A stretch of 64,000 nt of DNA, taken from the NCBI GenBank assembly GCA_965215885.1, contig CBDCEW010000104.1, positions 1 to 64,000 of the forward strand, read 5' to 3'. This document shows positions 31,213 through 42,436 of the stretch, in pieces; position 1 is the first letter of the stretch; every line of letters starts with the position of its first letter. Both the position numbers and the translations under genes were made by a program. Below the pieces are notes generated by a model. It worked only from the letters and a program-made list of their open reading frames with translations. It had not been told where the DNA came from and did not search any database. Source of the DNA: Candidatus Moanibacter sp. (GTDB taxonomy: Bacteria > Verrucomicrobiota > Verrucomicrobiia > Opitutales > UBA2987).

Positions 31213-31878
31213 ATGAAACGGGTCTTGATAGTTGAGGACCAAACCGCCGTAAGGGAGATGGTGGCCCAACTCGTAAAATCCGAACCGGGATTTGAAGTGG
31301 TGGCGGAAACCGGCGACGGCCAGACGGCCTACAATCTGTGCATGGAGCACAAGCCCGATTTCGTGATCCTTGATGTGATGCTGCCGGGCTTGAAAGGGAC
31401 CGAGGTTCTCCGACGATTCTCCAAACACTTACGAAATACCCGCGTACTCGTCTTCTCCGGTTACCAGAATCCGGCCCTCGTACGCGAACTCCTGCAAGCT
31501 GGAGCGCATGGCTTCGTAGAAAAGTCGGCCCCTCTTTCGGAATTAAAAAAGGGTATCGACATCGTTGCCAATGGGGGTAGTTATTTTGGACCGGAAGTGG
31601 CCCGATTACTCCGCGATGCGGTGGCAAATCCCGCTGTTGCGAGATCACCGACAGTCGGCGTCTTGACGGCCAGGGAAAGAGAGATTCTTCAACTAATCGC
31701 GGAGAGCTACAGCACCAAGGAGGTGGCGGCAAAATTGAACATCAGCGTCAAAACGGCGGAGAACCATCGCACCAACCTCATGAAAAAGCTTGATCTCCAC
31801 GATGTTGCCGGTCTCACCCGATATGCCATAGAACATGGTCTCATCGATGCTTCGAATCCAAATATCAGCCAGTCATAG
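31213..31878 (+). CDS. NarL/FixJ-family response regulator (REC + LuxR HTH)
   Basis: [22 protein letters not shown] and [14 protein letters not shown]. Confidence 0.95.
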   Translation: MKRVLIVEDQTAVREMVAQLVKSEPGFEVVAETGDGQTAYNLCMEHKPDFVILDVMLPGLKGTEVLRRFSKHLRNTRVLVFSGYQNPALVRELLQAGAHGFVEKSAPLSELKKGIDIVANGGSYFGPEVARLLRDAVANPAVARSPTVGVLTAREREILQLIAESYSTKEVAAKLNISVKTAENHRTNLMKKLDLHDVAGLTRYAIEHGLIDASNPNISQS

Positions 31879-31905
31879 ACTTTGGGCGATTTTCCGAAGA
31901 TTTGC

Positions 31906-32451
31906 ATGAAGTTGCCCAAGCGTTTGTTTCCCCTTTTGGTCTTCATTGCTCTGCTCTCCTACGGATGCAGGACAAAGCCACTCCCACCGAACCCGGGCGA
32001 TACCGTTTTGGGCGGTCAAGCGGGTGAGCGAGTGGACTGGGTCAGCGCGAAAGCGATCTACGGAGACGATGCGCCGGAGCTGAGAGATCGGGGGTTTGCG
32101 GCAGGGAGAGGGCTGGAGGGCGATGTTCTATCATCAGTATTTTTTGATTATGATCGTTCGGTCATCAAAGTCAGTGAACGAGAGAAACTCAGGGAGGTTG
32201 CCGAGCAGCTAGTCTCAAACCCGCTTCAAAAACTGCTTATCGAAGGGCATTGTGATTGGCGGGGAACTACCGAGTACAATCTAGGCTTAGGTGATCGTCG
32301 GGCCAACAGCGTTATGGAGTATCTCATGGCGCTTGGAGTATCCGATGGTCAAATGGAAACCAACTCCAAAGGGGATCTGGAAGCCGTGGTGGAGGGTTCG
32401 GACGAAGATCGAGTACACGACCGCCGCTCGGATCTCATCATCCTCCGTTAG
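31906..32451 (+). CDS. pal: OmpA-family peptidoglycan-associated lipoprotein
   Basis: Lipobox LSYGC; FFDYDRS and EGHCDWRGTTEYNLGLGDRRA. Confidence 0.88.
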   Translation: MKLPKRLFPLLVFIALLSYGCRTKPLPPNPGDTVLGGQAGERVDWVSAKAIYGDDAPELRDRGFAAGRGLEGDVLSSVFFDYDRSVIKVSEREKLREVAEQLVSNPLQKLLIEGHCDWRGTTEYNLGLGDRRANSVMEYLMALGVSDGQMETNSKGDLEAVVEGSDEDRVHDRRSDLIILR

Positions 32452-32606
32452 GAATTTGTCGGACCCAAACCCGCAGATTTCACTATGGAGTGAAGCGACA
32501 CCCTCGTACCTTCGGGTTAGGGTCCGACAGATTCTTTTCCAGGAGCCTGTTGGACGAGTATTTTTACTTGCCCGTAATCCGACCACAAAGTCCGAAAGGC
32601 TCCTAG
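32449..32606. repeat. Two abutting hairpin mini-elements filling the pal/tpiA convergent gap
   Basis: GGAATTTGTCGGACCCAAACCCG / CGGGTTAGGGTCCGACAGATTCT and AGGAGCCTGTTGGAC / GTCCGAAAGGCTCCT; outer ends overlap both TAG stops. Confidence 0.75.
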
Positions 32607-33385
32607 CCTTGCACCTTTTCGTGGGCGATTTCGACCAGCTTGATAAAGGCCTTCGCCTCCAGTGAGGCGCCACCCACAAGTCCACCGTCTATGTCGGGTT
32701 GATCGAGTAAATCGGAAGCGTTATCCGGTTTCATTGAACCGCCATAGAGAATTCTTATTCGATTAGCCAGTTCATCACTAAATTTTGCGGCCAGCATTTT
32801 TCGTATTTCGTGATGGACCTCTTGTGCCATATCGGGAGAAGCCGTAACACCGGTGCCGATCGCCCAAACCGGTTCGTAGGCGACGAGGAAACGGTCCAAC
32901 TTTTCCTCAGGTACATTGGCAAGTCCACCCTCGATCTGCCGACCCACGATATCCAGACTCTCTCCCCGGTCCCGCTCCTCCTGTGTTTCACCCACGCAAA
33001 GGATCGGTTTCAGATTACTCCGTAGCGCGGTAATGACTTTCCGATTGATGAAATTGTCGCTCTCCTCGAAATAGATGCGTCTTTCGCTGTGTCCCAATAT
33101 TACGAAATTGCAGAATAGAGCTCTCAACATTTCAGCTGATATCTCTCCGGTATAGGCGCCATTGGTTTCGGGATTCATATTCTGAGCCCCCAGTTGCACA
33201 TTTGAATCCTCAATCACATTCGCGACACACTCCAGAGCCGTATAGGGTGGACACACCGCCACGGAGGTGTCCGTAAGATGACCCACTTCATCCTTAATCA
33301 CCTGTACAAGTTCGGTGGCATCAGAAGAAGCATAGTTCATCTTCCAATTCCCCGCGATCAGGCATCTTCGATGATTGTTTTGCAT
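32603..33385 (-). CDS. tpiA: Triosephosphate isomerase
   Basis: AGNWKMN, GHSERR, AYEPVWAIGTG, YGGS and GGASL. Confidence 0.99.
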   Translation of the reverse strand: MQNNHRRCLIAGNWKMNYASSDATELVQVIKDEVGHLTDTSVAVCPPYTALECVANVIEDSNVQLGAQNMNPETNGAYTGEISAEMLRALFCNFVILGHSERRIYFEESDNFINRKVITALRSNLKPILCVGETQEERDRGESLDIVGRQIEGGLANVPEEKLDRFLVAYEPVWAIGTGVTASPDMAQEVHHEIRKMLAAKFSDELANRIRILYGGSMKPDNASDLLDQPDIDGGLVGGASLEAKAFIKLVEIAHEKVQG

Positions 33386-33741
33386 AATATTGAAAGATCA
33401 ATTTAGGTAGCAGTTGCGACTGTGCAATATCTTTATTGAGATTTTTGAGGCTACTGAATATTCCATTTGCGTAACGGTGTTCACCATCTCATCGCAGTCG
33501 TAGGTAATCGACTATCGACGACGATTATGACGACGACATTCGAGTGAAGCTCACTTCCCTCTGATCACTTCCAGGCTTCCATCGCATCTTCCGCTTTCGC
33601 GTATTTAGCGGGCTCATGAGCCTTCGATAACGATTACGAGGACGAGAACGATTTCTGAACTCTCTCGATGAAAGAAAGTATTGTTGAGATATGCCCTCTT
33701 ACGCGTTCTTTCGTGGCGATTCCTGGAGGCCGATTGAACTG

Positions 33742-34947
33742 CTATTCCACAGTATCCAGGACGCTCACTCCGGGAAGTTCAGTGCCTTTCAGGAATTCGA
33801 GGCTGGCACCTCCACCGGTGCTGGCAAAAGTGACGCGATCTTCGTAGCCGGCCGCCCTTATCGCCTTGACCGAATCCCCTCCCCCAATAATTGAAAGCGC
33901 CGCGGCATTCGCGGCTACGGCCTTTGCGAGAGCGAAAGTTCCCCTGCTGAAGCTGTCGAGTTCGAAAATTCCCATGGGCCCATTCCAAAGTATCGTTCTG
34001 GCGATCGCTATTTCCCTCTCGTACTGTTCAACAGTCTTTGGGCCGATATCAGCGCCCTCCCAATTGTCGGGAATGTCACCCATGACAGTCGCTGTTTCCC
34101 CTACCCTACCCGTCCTGAAATCGATCATATCAGTGACGACGAAGTCGATCGGCAAATGGAATTTCACACCACACTCCCGCGCTTTATCCATAACCGCCCT
34201 GGCCAATTCGACTTTATCACTTTCCGCGGGGCTATTCCCCACACTCTGTCCCCTGGCTAGTAGAAAAGTGTAGGCCATCGCTCCACCCACTAAAATCGTA
34301 TCGGCCTTATCGAGTAAGGAATCAACCACGAGGATTTTATCACTTACCTTCGCTCCCCCTAACATTACTACGAAAGGACGTCGCGGGTTGGTGGTTTTTT
34401 CCCCCAGGAAATGAAGTTCCCTCTCGATGAGAAGTCCTCCAACTCTTACTGGTATGTGGGCCGTGACCCCTCTTGTGGAAGCGTGCGCTCGATGTGCAGT
34501 ACCGAAGGCATCGTTTACGTAAATCTCTCCAAGTTTACCCAGCGATTGGCCAAACTCCCGATCATTTTCTTCTTCGCCCTTATGAAAGCGCAGATTTTCC
34601 AGAAGGACAATCGACCCGATCGCCATATTTTCGACCGCCTCCTCAACAACTTTTCCCACGCAGTCTTCGAGAAAGATCACGGGATGTGCGAGGAGTTGAG
34701 AAAGCGCTGCTCCCACCGGCGCGAGGGAGAATTTCGGCAATCGCTTCCCTTTTGGCCTTCCCAAATGGCTTGCCAGGACTACTCTTGCGTCCCGTTCCAG
34801 CAGATAGCGGATAGTCGGAAGCGAAGCGCGGATGCGTGTATCGTCGGAAATCTCACCATTTTCATCCAACGGCACATTAAAATCGACCCTCACGAGGACT
34901 CGCTTCCCGGCCACTTCAACGTCTCTTACTGTCTTGATCTTCGGCAT
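33742..34947 (-). CDS. pgk: Phosphoglycerate kinase
   Basis: RVDFNVP, SHLGRP, LLENLRF, NDAFGTAHRAHAS, WNGPMG and STGGGASLE. Confidence 0.99.
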   Translation of the reverse strand: MPKIKTVRDVEVAGKRVLVRVDFNVPLDENGEISDDTRIRASLPTIRYLLERDARVVLASHLGRPKGKRLPKFSLAPVGAALSQLLAHPVIFLEDCVGKVVEEAVENMAIGSIVLLENLRFHKGEEENDREFGQSLGKLGEIYVNDAFGTAHRAHASTRGVTAHIPVRVGGLLIERELHFLGEKTTNPRRPFVVMLGGAKVSDKILVVDSLLDKADTILVGGAMAYTFLLARGQSVGNSPAESDKVELARAVMDKARECGVKFHLPIDFVVTDMIDFRTGRVGETATVMGDIPDNWEGADIGPKTVEQYEREIAIARTILWNGPMGIFELDSFSRGTFALAKAVAANAAALSIIGGGDSVKAIRAAGYEDRVTFASTGGGASLEFLKGTELPGVSVLDTVE

Positions 34948-35351
34948 TAACACAAAAGTTGATATTCAGCACTCCAATTCGTAAATAGGGTGATCCCGCT
35001 GGGTGGGACCGAAGCGAATTTACGAATTGGAGCAATTAGTAAACCCCATAGTCTCAATCGCCTTCGAAAGGACGGGTTGTTTCTTGTTTTTATTTTGGGA
35101 GTTTTGAAAAACACACCGAAAGTGGCGATACCGAAATGTCCTTTCGAAGGCTAAAATACGCTAAAGCGGAATAGGAAATTAAAGAGGGTTCTTGCTCAAT
35201 ATACCAGGGGAATTGAATATTGAACTTTAGATGCCAAAACATTGTCATTTCAAAGACAACGTAATAACAAGAATCTAAGGCTTTAACTGGAGAAGAGAAT
35301 TGAATAAGGAAAGCAGGAACTTCAAAGTATTGCGGTCGAAGCGGCCCACCC

Positions 35352-35470
35352 GAACATCGAACATTCAACATCGAACATTGAACTCCTAAGGTCCCTGCTT
35401 CGATCTTGGGCGTTGGACTTTCGATGTTGGATGTTCTCTCCGCGTCTCCCCGTCTCCGTTTCTCCCCCTC
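35352..35470. repeat. Heptamer-type repeat tracts (AACATCG/AACATTC with inverted arm; CTCCSCGT-type tract)
   Basis: AACATCGAACATTCAACATCGAACATTGAAC ... TTCGATGTTGGATGTT; CTCCGCGTCTCCCCGTCTCCG. Confidence 0.65.
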
Positions 35471-35598
35471 CGCTCCTTTGGTTGCCCGTTCGAGAGCCTC
35501 AGGGCCCTGAGCCAGTCGCAGGGCGGGTAGGCTGCGCCAGGTGGCTTCGTGCTTCCCTGGCACGGCGCAGCCTTGCGGAGACGCCTCAGTGGTGCTCT

Positions 35599-37547
35599 GT
35601 GTCCCTTCTTATCACTATTCTCTTCCTCTTTCCCGGGACAACTTCCGCGAATGAGCTACCGCCGCTCATTCCACTTGAGGATTTCTTTCGCAATCCGGAG
35701 AAGACGAGCTTCCAGCTCTCACCTGGCGGAGAATACGTGGCCTATCTGGCGCCCTGGCAGAAGCGCCTCAATATCTACGTTCAGAAAGTCGGTGAGAAAG
35801 AGGGCGAACGAGTAACGAATGTGGCGGAACGAGACATCGCTCGCTATCTCTGGGTCAGCGACGATCGACTCGTCTATCTCAAGGACGAGGCAGGAAACGA
35901 GAACTGGAGCATTTTCGGCATCAGTCGCACCGGTGGCGAGGCACAGGATCTGACTCCTTTTGCGGACGTTCAGGCCCGCCTTATCGAGGCTTTGAGGTTT
36001 AACCCGGAGCATGTCCTCATTTCTCTCAATAACCGGGACAAACGCTTTCACGATGCTTATCGCTTGAACGTGAACACGGGCGACATCGAACTTCTGGTCG
36101 AAAACAACCGGAGCTACGTAAGTTATCGCGCCGATCACAGTGGCATCATTCGCCTCGCCACAGCCACAGACGGCGTAAACGTGACTCTCTTCTCGCGTAA
36201 ATCAGAAGAAGATGAATTCAAGCCCATTCTACGCACGAATTTTCGCGAGAGGGTTAAACCGCTATTCTTCACTTACGATAATCGCCATTTTTTCGCGTCA
36301 TCAAACCTTGGCCGTGACAAAACAGCCATCTTCGTGATCGACCCGGAGACGGGTGAGGAAATCAAGAAGGTATACGAGAACCGGTTGGTCGACGTATACC
36401 GGGTCCACCGTTCCGATAAACGCAAGGTCGTCGAGGGCGCGAGCTATAACTTCGAAAAATGGGAGCACACATTTTTCGATAACTATGCACGTGACATCTT
36501 TCAGCGTCTGGAGGGCAAATTCCCGGGTATGGAAGTCTCCATCGGCTCCCGCAACCTGGAAGAGGATCAGTATCTGGTTAGAACCAGGAGCGTGAAGACA
36601 CCCGGCTCTTACTATCACCTCGATCTCGCCACATTTGAATTGACCCTCCTCTCGGACATCGCGCCATGGATTGACCCCGTTCAGATGGGTGAAGTCCATC
36701 CCATCGCCTATCTCAGCCGGGACGAACTCACTATTTACGGTTATCTTACTTTGCCAAAGGGTGTGAAACCTGTGAATCTGCCTGTGGTCATCAACCCGCA
36801 CGGCGGTCCCTGGTCACGCAACAGCTGGAGATATAGCGCTAAGACGCAGTTTCTCGCCAACCGTGGTTACGCCGTTTTACAGATGAATTACCGCGGGTCG
36901 ACTGGATATGGCCGCACGTTTTGGGAAGCGAGTTTCAAGCAATGGGGCAAGAAAATGCTGGATGATGTTACGGACGGCGTGCGCTGGCTCATAGCGGAAG
37001 GTGTGGTCGATCCCGAACGCGTTGGAATCTATGGCGTCCTCCTTTGGATCTCGGTTACCGCTCCGCTCGGACATCGCGCTCCTTTGGAGGTTACACCACT
37101 CTAGCAGCTATCACCCTTACCCCTGAGCTTTACGTTTGCGGGGTGGACTACGTAGGCATCTCCAACATTTTCACCTGGTTGGATTCCTTCCCACCCTACT
37201 GGGAGTCGTGGCGGGAAATGGCCTATGAAATGGTGGGCCACCCAGAGAGAGATGAGGAGTTGCTGAGAGCCGCTTCCCCGGTTTTCCACGTCGAAAGGAT
37301 TCGGGCGCCTCTCCTTATCGCGCAAGGCTCAAACGACCCAAGGGTAAAGAAAGCAGAGTCTGATCAGATGGTGGAAGCATTGCAAAGTCGCGGCATCGAT
37401 GTACCTTACATGGTAAAGGAGAATGAGGGTCACGGCTTCCGTCTGGAAGAAAACCGCCTGGAATTCTACCGGGCCATGGAACAGTTCCTCGCCAAACACC
37501 TCGGTGGACGCCTCGGAGAGGGTAAAGACGTGCTCGGGTCGCTATAG
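35599..37547 (+). pseudogene. S9-family (prolyl oligopeptidase / acylaminoacyl peptidase-like) secreted peptidase, frameshifted at the catalytic Ser motif
   Basis: IPLEDFF, NPHGGPW, NYRGSTGYG, GIYG..SFGGY, QGSNDPRV and EGHGF; duplication/insertion at 37039-37088; start codon uncertain. Confidence 0.85.
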
Positions 37548-37551
37548 CCGC

Positions 37552-38622
<1,071 letters not shown>

Positions 38623-39320
38623 TCACAGAGATTGCAATCTCGTGGAAGTTTGTGGCGGCTCCCGGGAGGGCTACCGCGTACGGGAATAGAGCCGAAGGCG
38701 TCTCACCGACTCCTCATACAGATAAAGATCCGACTACTGAAATGTGCCGCCTCTCTTTTGGCAAGTGTTTAAATCCGCTACGGCCTGACTCAGGCTTGGG
38801 ATGCAACCAAATTGGTAAGTGCTACCATGGAGAAAAGAATTGAACAAAAGGAAACCCTGTTCGAAGAGTCAGCGATCTAACCGCGGAGCACGCAAAGGAC
38901 GCAGAGAGATGGCAAAAAGTTGGCGGATAAAACATCAAACGTGACGAATTGCAGATCGTAGCGTTCTCGCTTACCGGAAAGAGAGTAAGAATAATTGCAA
39001 CGGATTGAAGGACAGCAGCGGATTCTCTCGAAGTAGCCCATGGTTGCGATAGAGATCACGAATGATCGTAGAGAAGCCAAGGAATCCTTGCTCTGTATCT
39101 GTTGCTGCGCTTTCATCCCTTGCTATTAAATCTAGCGTTCGAAGAAGTGAGATTTTGCCGCAAAGCACGCGAAGATCGAGAAGAGATGAAGAGGGAAAGC
39201 CGCAAAAAAGCGCAAGAAACGCAAATACCTGAAGGGAAATTTTCGCGTCTTTTGTGCCTCTTTGCGGCCAATATAGATCCAGCCGGGATAAGCTGCGGTA
39301 GTCCGACTGCCAAGAAGAAC

Positions 39321-39458
39321 TATTGGACACTCCTCGGCCTTTCTTGGGGCACTACTCTGGGCCTGGCCTACGCGCAGGTGCACCCCCAGCGAGTCGCCGC
39401 TGCGGTCTTCGGACTGGTAACGACGACGTTGCGCCGCGAAGTTGAGAGGTTCAAGTGA
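39321..39458 (+). pseudogene. Proline iminopeptidase internal fragment
   Basis: WTLLGLSWGTTLGLAYAQVHPQRV nucleophile-elbow motif; no N- or C-terminal parts visible. Confidence 0.65.
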
Positions 39459-41913
39459 TTCGGCCCTTCTGCTTAGGATTCTCCTCCAGCCAGAGTCCAC
39501 AGCTCAGGGGAGGCAGGAGAAGTACTCCTTCATTGAAGGAGAGTTCGGTGTCACGGAGCCCTTCGCGATCAAATTGCGCCTGATCCGCAAGAAGTAGAAA
39601 ACGGCTCATGTCCTGGCCGTCGAATGGAATAGTAATGGCGCGCTCATGGGGGTTGACTGCGAAGAGAAGCCTGCGGCAGACAAGGGACCGGCGGGCGTTG
39701 TAGAGAACGGCTACACCTGTGCTCTCCGGAGCGATCATGAATTCGAGGAAATGCGGAGGTGGTGGCAACTCGTGGCGAAAGGCCCTACCCTCTTCCGAGA
39801 GACGGAATCGGATCCAACTTCTGAAGTACTCTTGGGTATTCGAATAGGTTATTGCCCGCTCGTAATCGATAGCGTTGAGATCGCCTCTCATATAAGTGTT
39901 TCTTACCCCTCTTTTTGAGCGAAGCATGTCCTGACCGGCAGAGAGCATCGGAATTCCCAAAGAACTCATGAGGACCGCGATAAGCAAGTGTGTGCGGCGG
40001 CGATCGTTAGCGGTCGGGACGGAACCATCTCTGTTTTCATTCTCGGTGATGAGGTCGAGCCAGCAGTGATCATCGTGCGATTCAACGTAGTTTACAGTCT
40101 GTGTAGGCCAGGCGGTCAAATAGCCCAAAGAGCCATTGAGATAGTAGAGAAAACCTTCAGAAGTACCGTTTCCGAGCAGATATTCCCGCATGAAGTCGCG
40201 ATAACCGTCGTTCCAAGAAGCGTAGCCAGTGGTTTTCAGGTTATGGCCGATATGCCCCCGAAGGCTCCATGGTTCGGCGATGAGAATTACCGAGGGCTTA
40301 ATGCGCTTTAGACGGATCTCGATCTCCAGGAGGAGCTCAATGCCGAGAATTTCGGCGAGATCGAACCGGAAACCATCGACGTCGAAGACCTCGATAAAAT
40401 GCGTGAGGCTATCTATGATGAGTCGACGACCCATTGGCGTGTCGCAACGCAAGGAATTGCTGCAGCCACTCCAGTCGATGTGCTCGCCATCCCGATCGAC
40501 AAGAAAGTAGTATTGCTTATCGATAAATAGAAGATGGTTCGGGAGACCGACGTGATTATAAACAACGTCGATAATGACGGCCAACCCCTGTCTATGGAAT
40601 GCTGCCACCAGTTCCTGAAATTCTCTGATCTGCGAACCCTCTTCGGGATTCAGACAATAGCGGGAGCATGGTGAAAAAAAGTTTACCGGCATATACCCCC
40701 AGTGATACTCCTCAACACCACCGGCGTCGAACTCGTGAATGGGCTGAAGTTCGATCGCGTTTACGCCGAGGCGAGTGAGATAATTACCTTCCGATTCGAC
40801 CCACTTCCTAAGGCCCGTAAAACCGAGCCTTTCGCGATCTTCCAACTCGATTGGAGCCAAGGAGACAAGGTCTCTGACATGCCCCTCAAGAATCACCAAA
40901 TCGTGCCAATTGGGAGGATCGAAAGGTACCGAAGTTTGAGGAATTTTCCTTCTGTCTACGATTAATCCCGGACCTTCGGGCCCCATTGCCGCCATTGCAT
41001 AGGGATCGAGGATATCCCTGGTAGCGTCGAAATTGGCACAGAATTGTCTATTCGATCCGTCTATCCTGTAACGATAGAACCACCCGGAAAGATCCTCTGA
41101 ATACTCTCCTTCCCAGACGCCCTGAGCGCGCCGCTTCAGCTCGATACTCTCGATATTCGGATCTTTAAGTTTGTCGTACAAGATCACCTCAACGCAACGT
41201 GCGCGCGGCGAAAATATCCGAAAAGTGGTGACCGCACCATCCACCATCGCGCCAAGCGCAAGATCGGATTTCAAGGTGAGAAAAATATCGCCCGGTTCGA
41301 TTGCCAATTGTTCCTCGTGGTCCGGCTCGCTCCAGAGCAACTCTATCTTTTCATCTAACGCGCAATCCTCCTTGAATTCGAATTCGAATATATGTTTACC
41401 CGTCCGATGAGGATCGATCCTGAAATTGCGCACCCCGCGGGGATCGAAGACCGCGTTTGGCGCTTCTGGAGGAATCTCCAGCCACTGTCCGTTTTGCGTT
41501 ACGAACTTAAAGTCAGCAGGATAATTTGCCAGGCACCTGCCGCGCCCAACGCCGAGAATGAGATAGGAATTACCGGAGACTTCCTTCGGCCGCAGCTGCC
41601 ACTCCCTATCCTCAATAACTGCTCCCCAACTATTAAAAGTGCCGGCCACATAGAGGCGACTAAGGGGCCAGTCTACTTGCGGGTATGCCTTCGGTAATAC
41701 CACGAAGATGATCCTCTCGCCATCAACAAAGTAGCCGCTCCTTTCAGCATAGTAGAAGGGGTCGGCGCGCACAATCCGGGCAAGGTGTTGCCTTCCCGGC
41801 GTATGCCAGATGGGTGGAGGAGCTTCCCTCTCCCAATCGCGATTCAACTCTACTATTCCGGAACGTTCCGCGATCCACCGTGCATAGGCGATTTTTCCGC
41901 CGGAATTCTTCAC
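39451..41913 (-). CDS. GH13 pullulanase/isoamylase-like glycogen debranching enzyme
   Basis: DPYA, YHWGY, DVVYNH, DGFRFDL, IAEPW and YVESHD. Confidence 0.92.
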   Translation of the reverse strand: MKNSGGKIAYARWIAERSGIVELNRDWEREAPPPIWHTPGRQHLARIVRADPFYYAERSGYFVDGERIIFVVLPKAYPQVDWPLSRLYVAGTFNSWGAVIEDREWQLRPKEVSGNSYLILGVGRGRCLANYPADFKFVTQNGQWLEIPPEAPNAVFDPRGVRNFRIDPHRTGKHIFEFEFKEDCALDEKIELLWSEPDHEEQLAIEPGDIFLTLKSDLALGAMVDGAVTTFRIFSPRARCVEVILYDKLKDPNIESIELKRRAQGVWEGEYSEDLSGWFYRYRIDGSNRQFCANFDATRDILDPYAMAAMGPEGPGLIVDRRKIPQTSVPFDPPNWHDLVILEGHVRDLVSLAPIELEDRERLGFTGLRKWVESEGNYLTRLGVNAIELQPIHEFDAGGVEEYHWGYMPVNFFSPCSRYCLNPEEGSQIREFQELVAAFHRQGLAVIIDVVYNHVGLPNHLLFIDKQYYFLVDRDGEHIDWSGCSNSLRCDTPMGRRLIIDSLTHFIEVFDVDGFRFDLAEILGIELLLEIEIRLKRIKPSVILIAEPWSLRGHIGHNLKTTGYASWNDGYRDFMREYLLGNGTSEGFLYYLNGSLGYLTAWPTQTVNYVESHDDHCWLDLITENENRDGSVPTANDRRRTHLLIAVLMSSLGIPMLSAGQDMLRSKRGVRNTYMRGDLNAIDYERAITYSNTQEYFRSWIRFRLSEEGRAFRHELPPPPHFLEFMIAPESTGVAVLYNARRSLVCRRLLFAVNPHERAITIPFDGQDMSRFLLLADQAQFDREGLRDTELSFNEGVLLLPPLSCGLWLEENPKQKGRIT

Positions 41914-41954
41914 TGCATATGAATTTTATGTACTATTGAAATCGCTCAGCGATT

Positions 41955-42198
41955 GTTCATGTTTAGCGTTTTTGAGGCTGCCCCGGTCTTGTGCCGGGGT
42001 GGCGCACGCTATACAGCTACAATACACGATTGGCACCCCATTCGCCCCGCCCGTCCCTTCTCGCCCCAGTCCCGGTGCGTCGGGACTGGGGTGAGAAGGG
42101 GGGTCGGCAGAGGCACTCGGTGTGTAGCAAGAAACGTAGGCGACCTCGGCACAAGACCGGGGCAGCCAGCATAAGAAACCATCACGCTAAACACGTAG
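41955..42198. mobile_element. 244-bp fold-back MITE (GTAC family)
   Basis: Ends GTTCATGTTTAGCGT / (rc) CTACGTGTTTAGCGT; flanking 8-mers CAGCGATT / GAGCGATT; nested arms GGCTGCCCCGGTCTTGTGCCG and CCCTTCTCGCCCCAGTCCCG. Confidence 0.78.
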
Positions 42199-42436
42199 GA
42201 GCGATTTCCATTGTCAAGATAAGACCAAGCGATTTTGACTGGGCTATGGCAACTCGCTCTGTAAATGTCGATCGAGTCCTTGCTCGGCCGCATGGCAGAG
42301 CGATTTGGAATCGGTCGGTGGTCGTATCTCCAGCAATCCACTGTCGCACTAATATGGCGCATTGTTTCCGCAAATTCCGGAAAGCCTGTAGCGAGCCTCA
42401 TAGTCGAGGGGCAATGCGCGACAGATTCCTAGGAAA

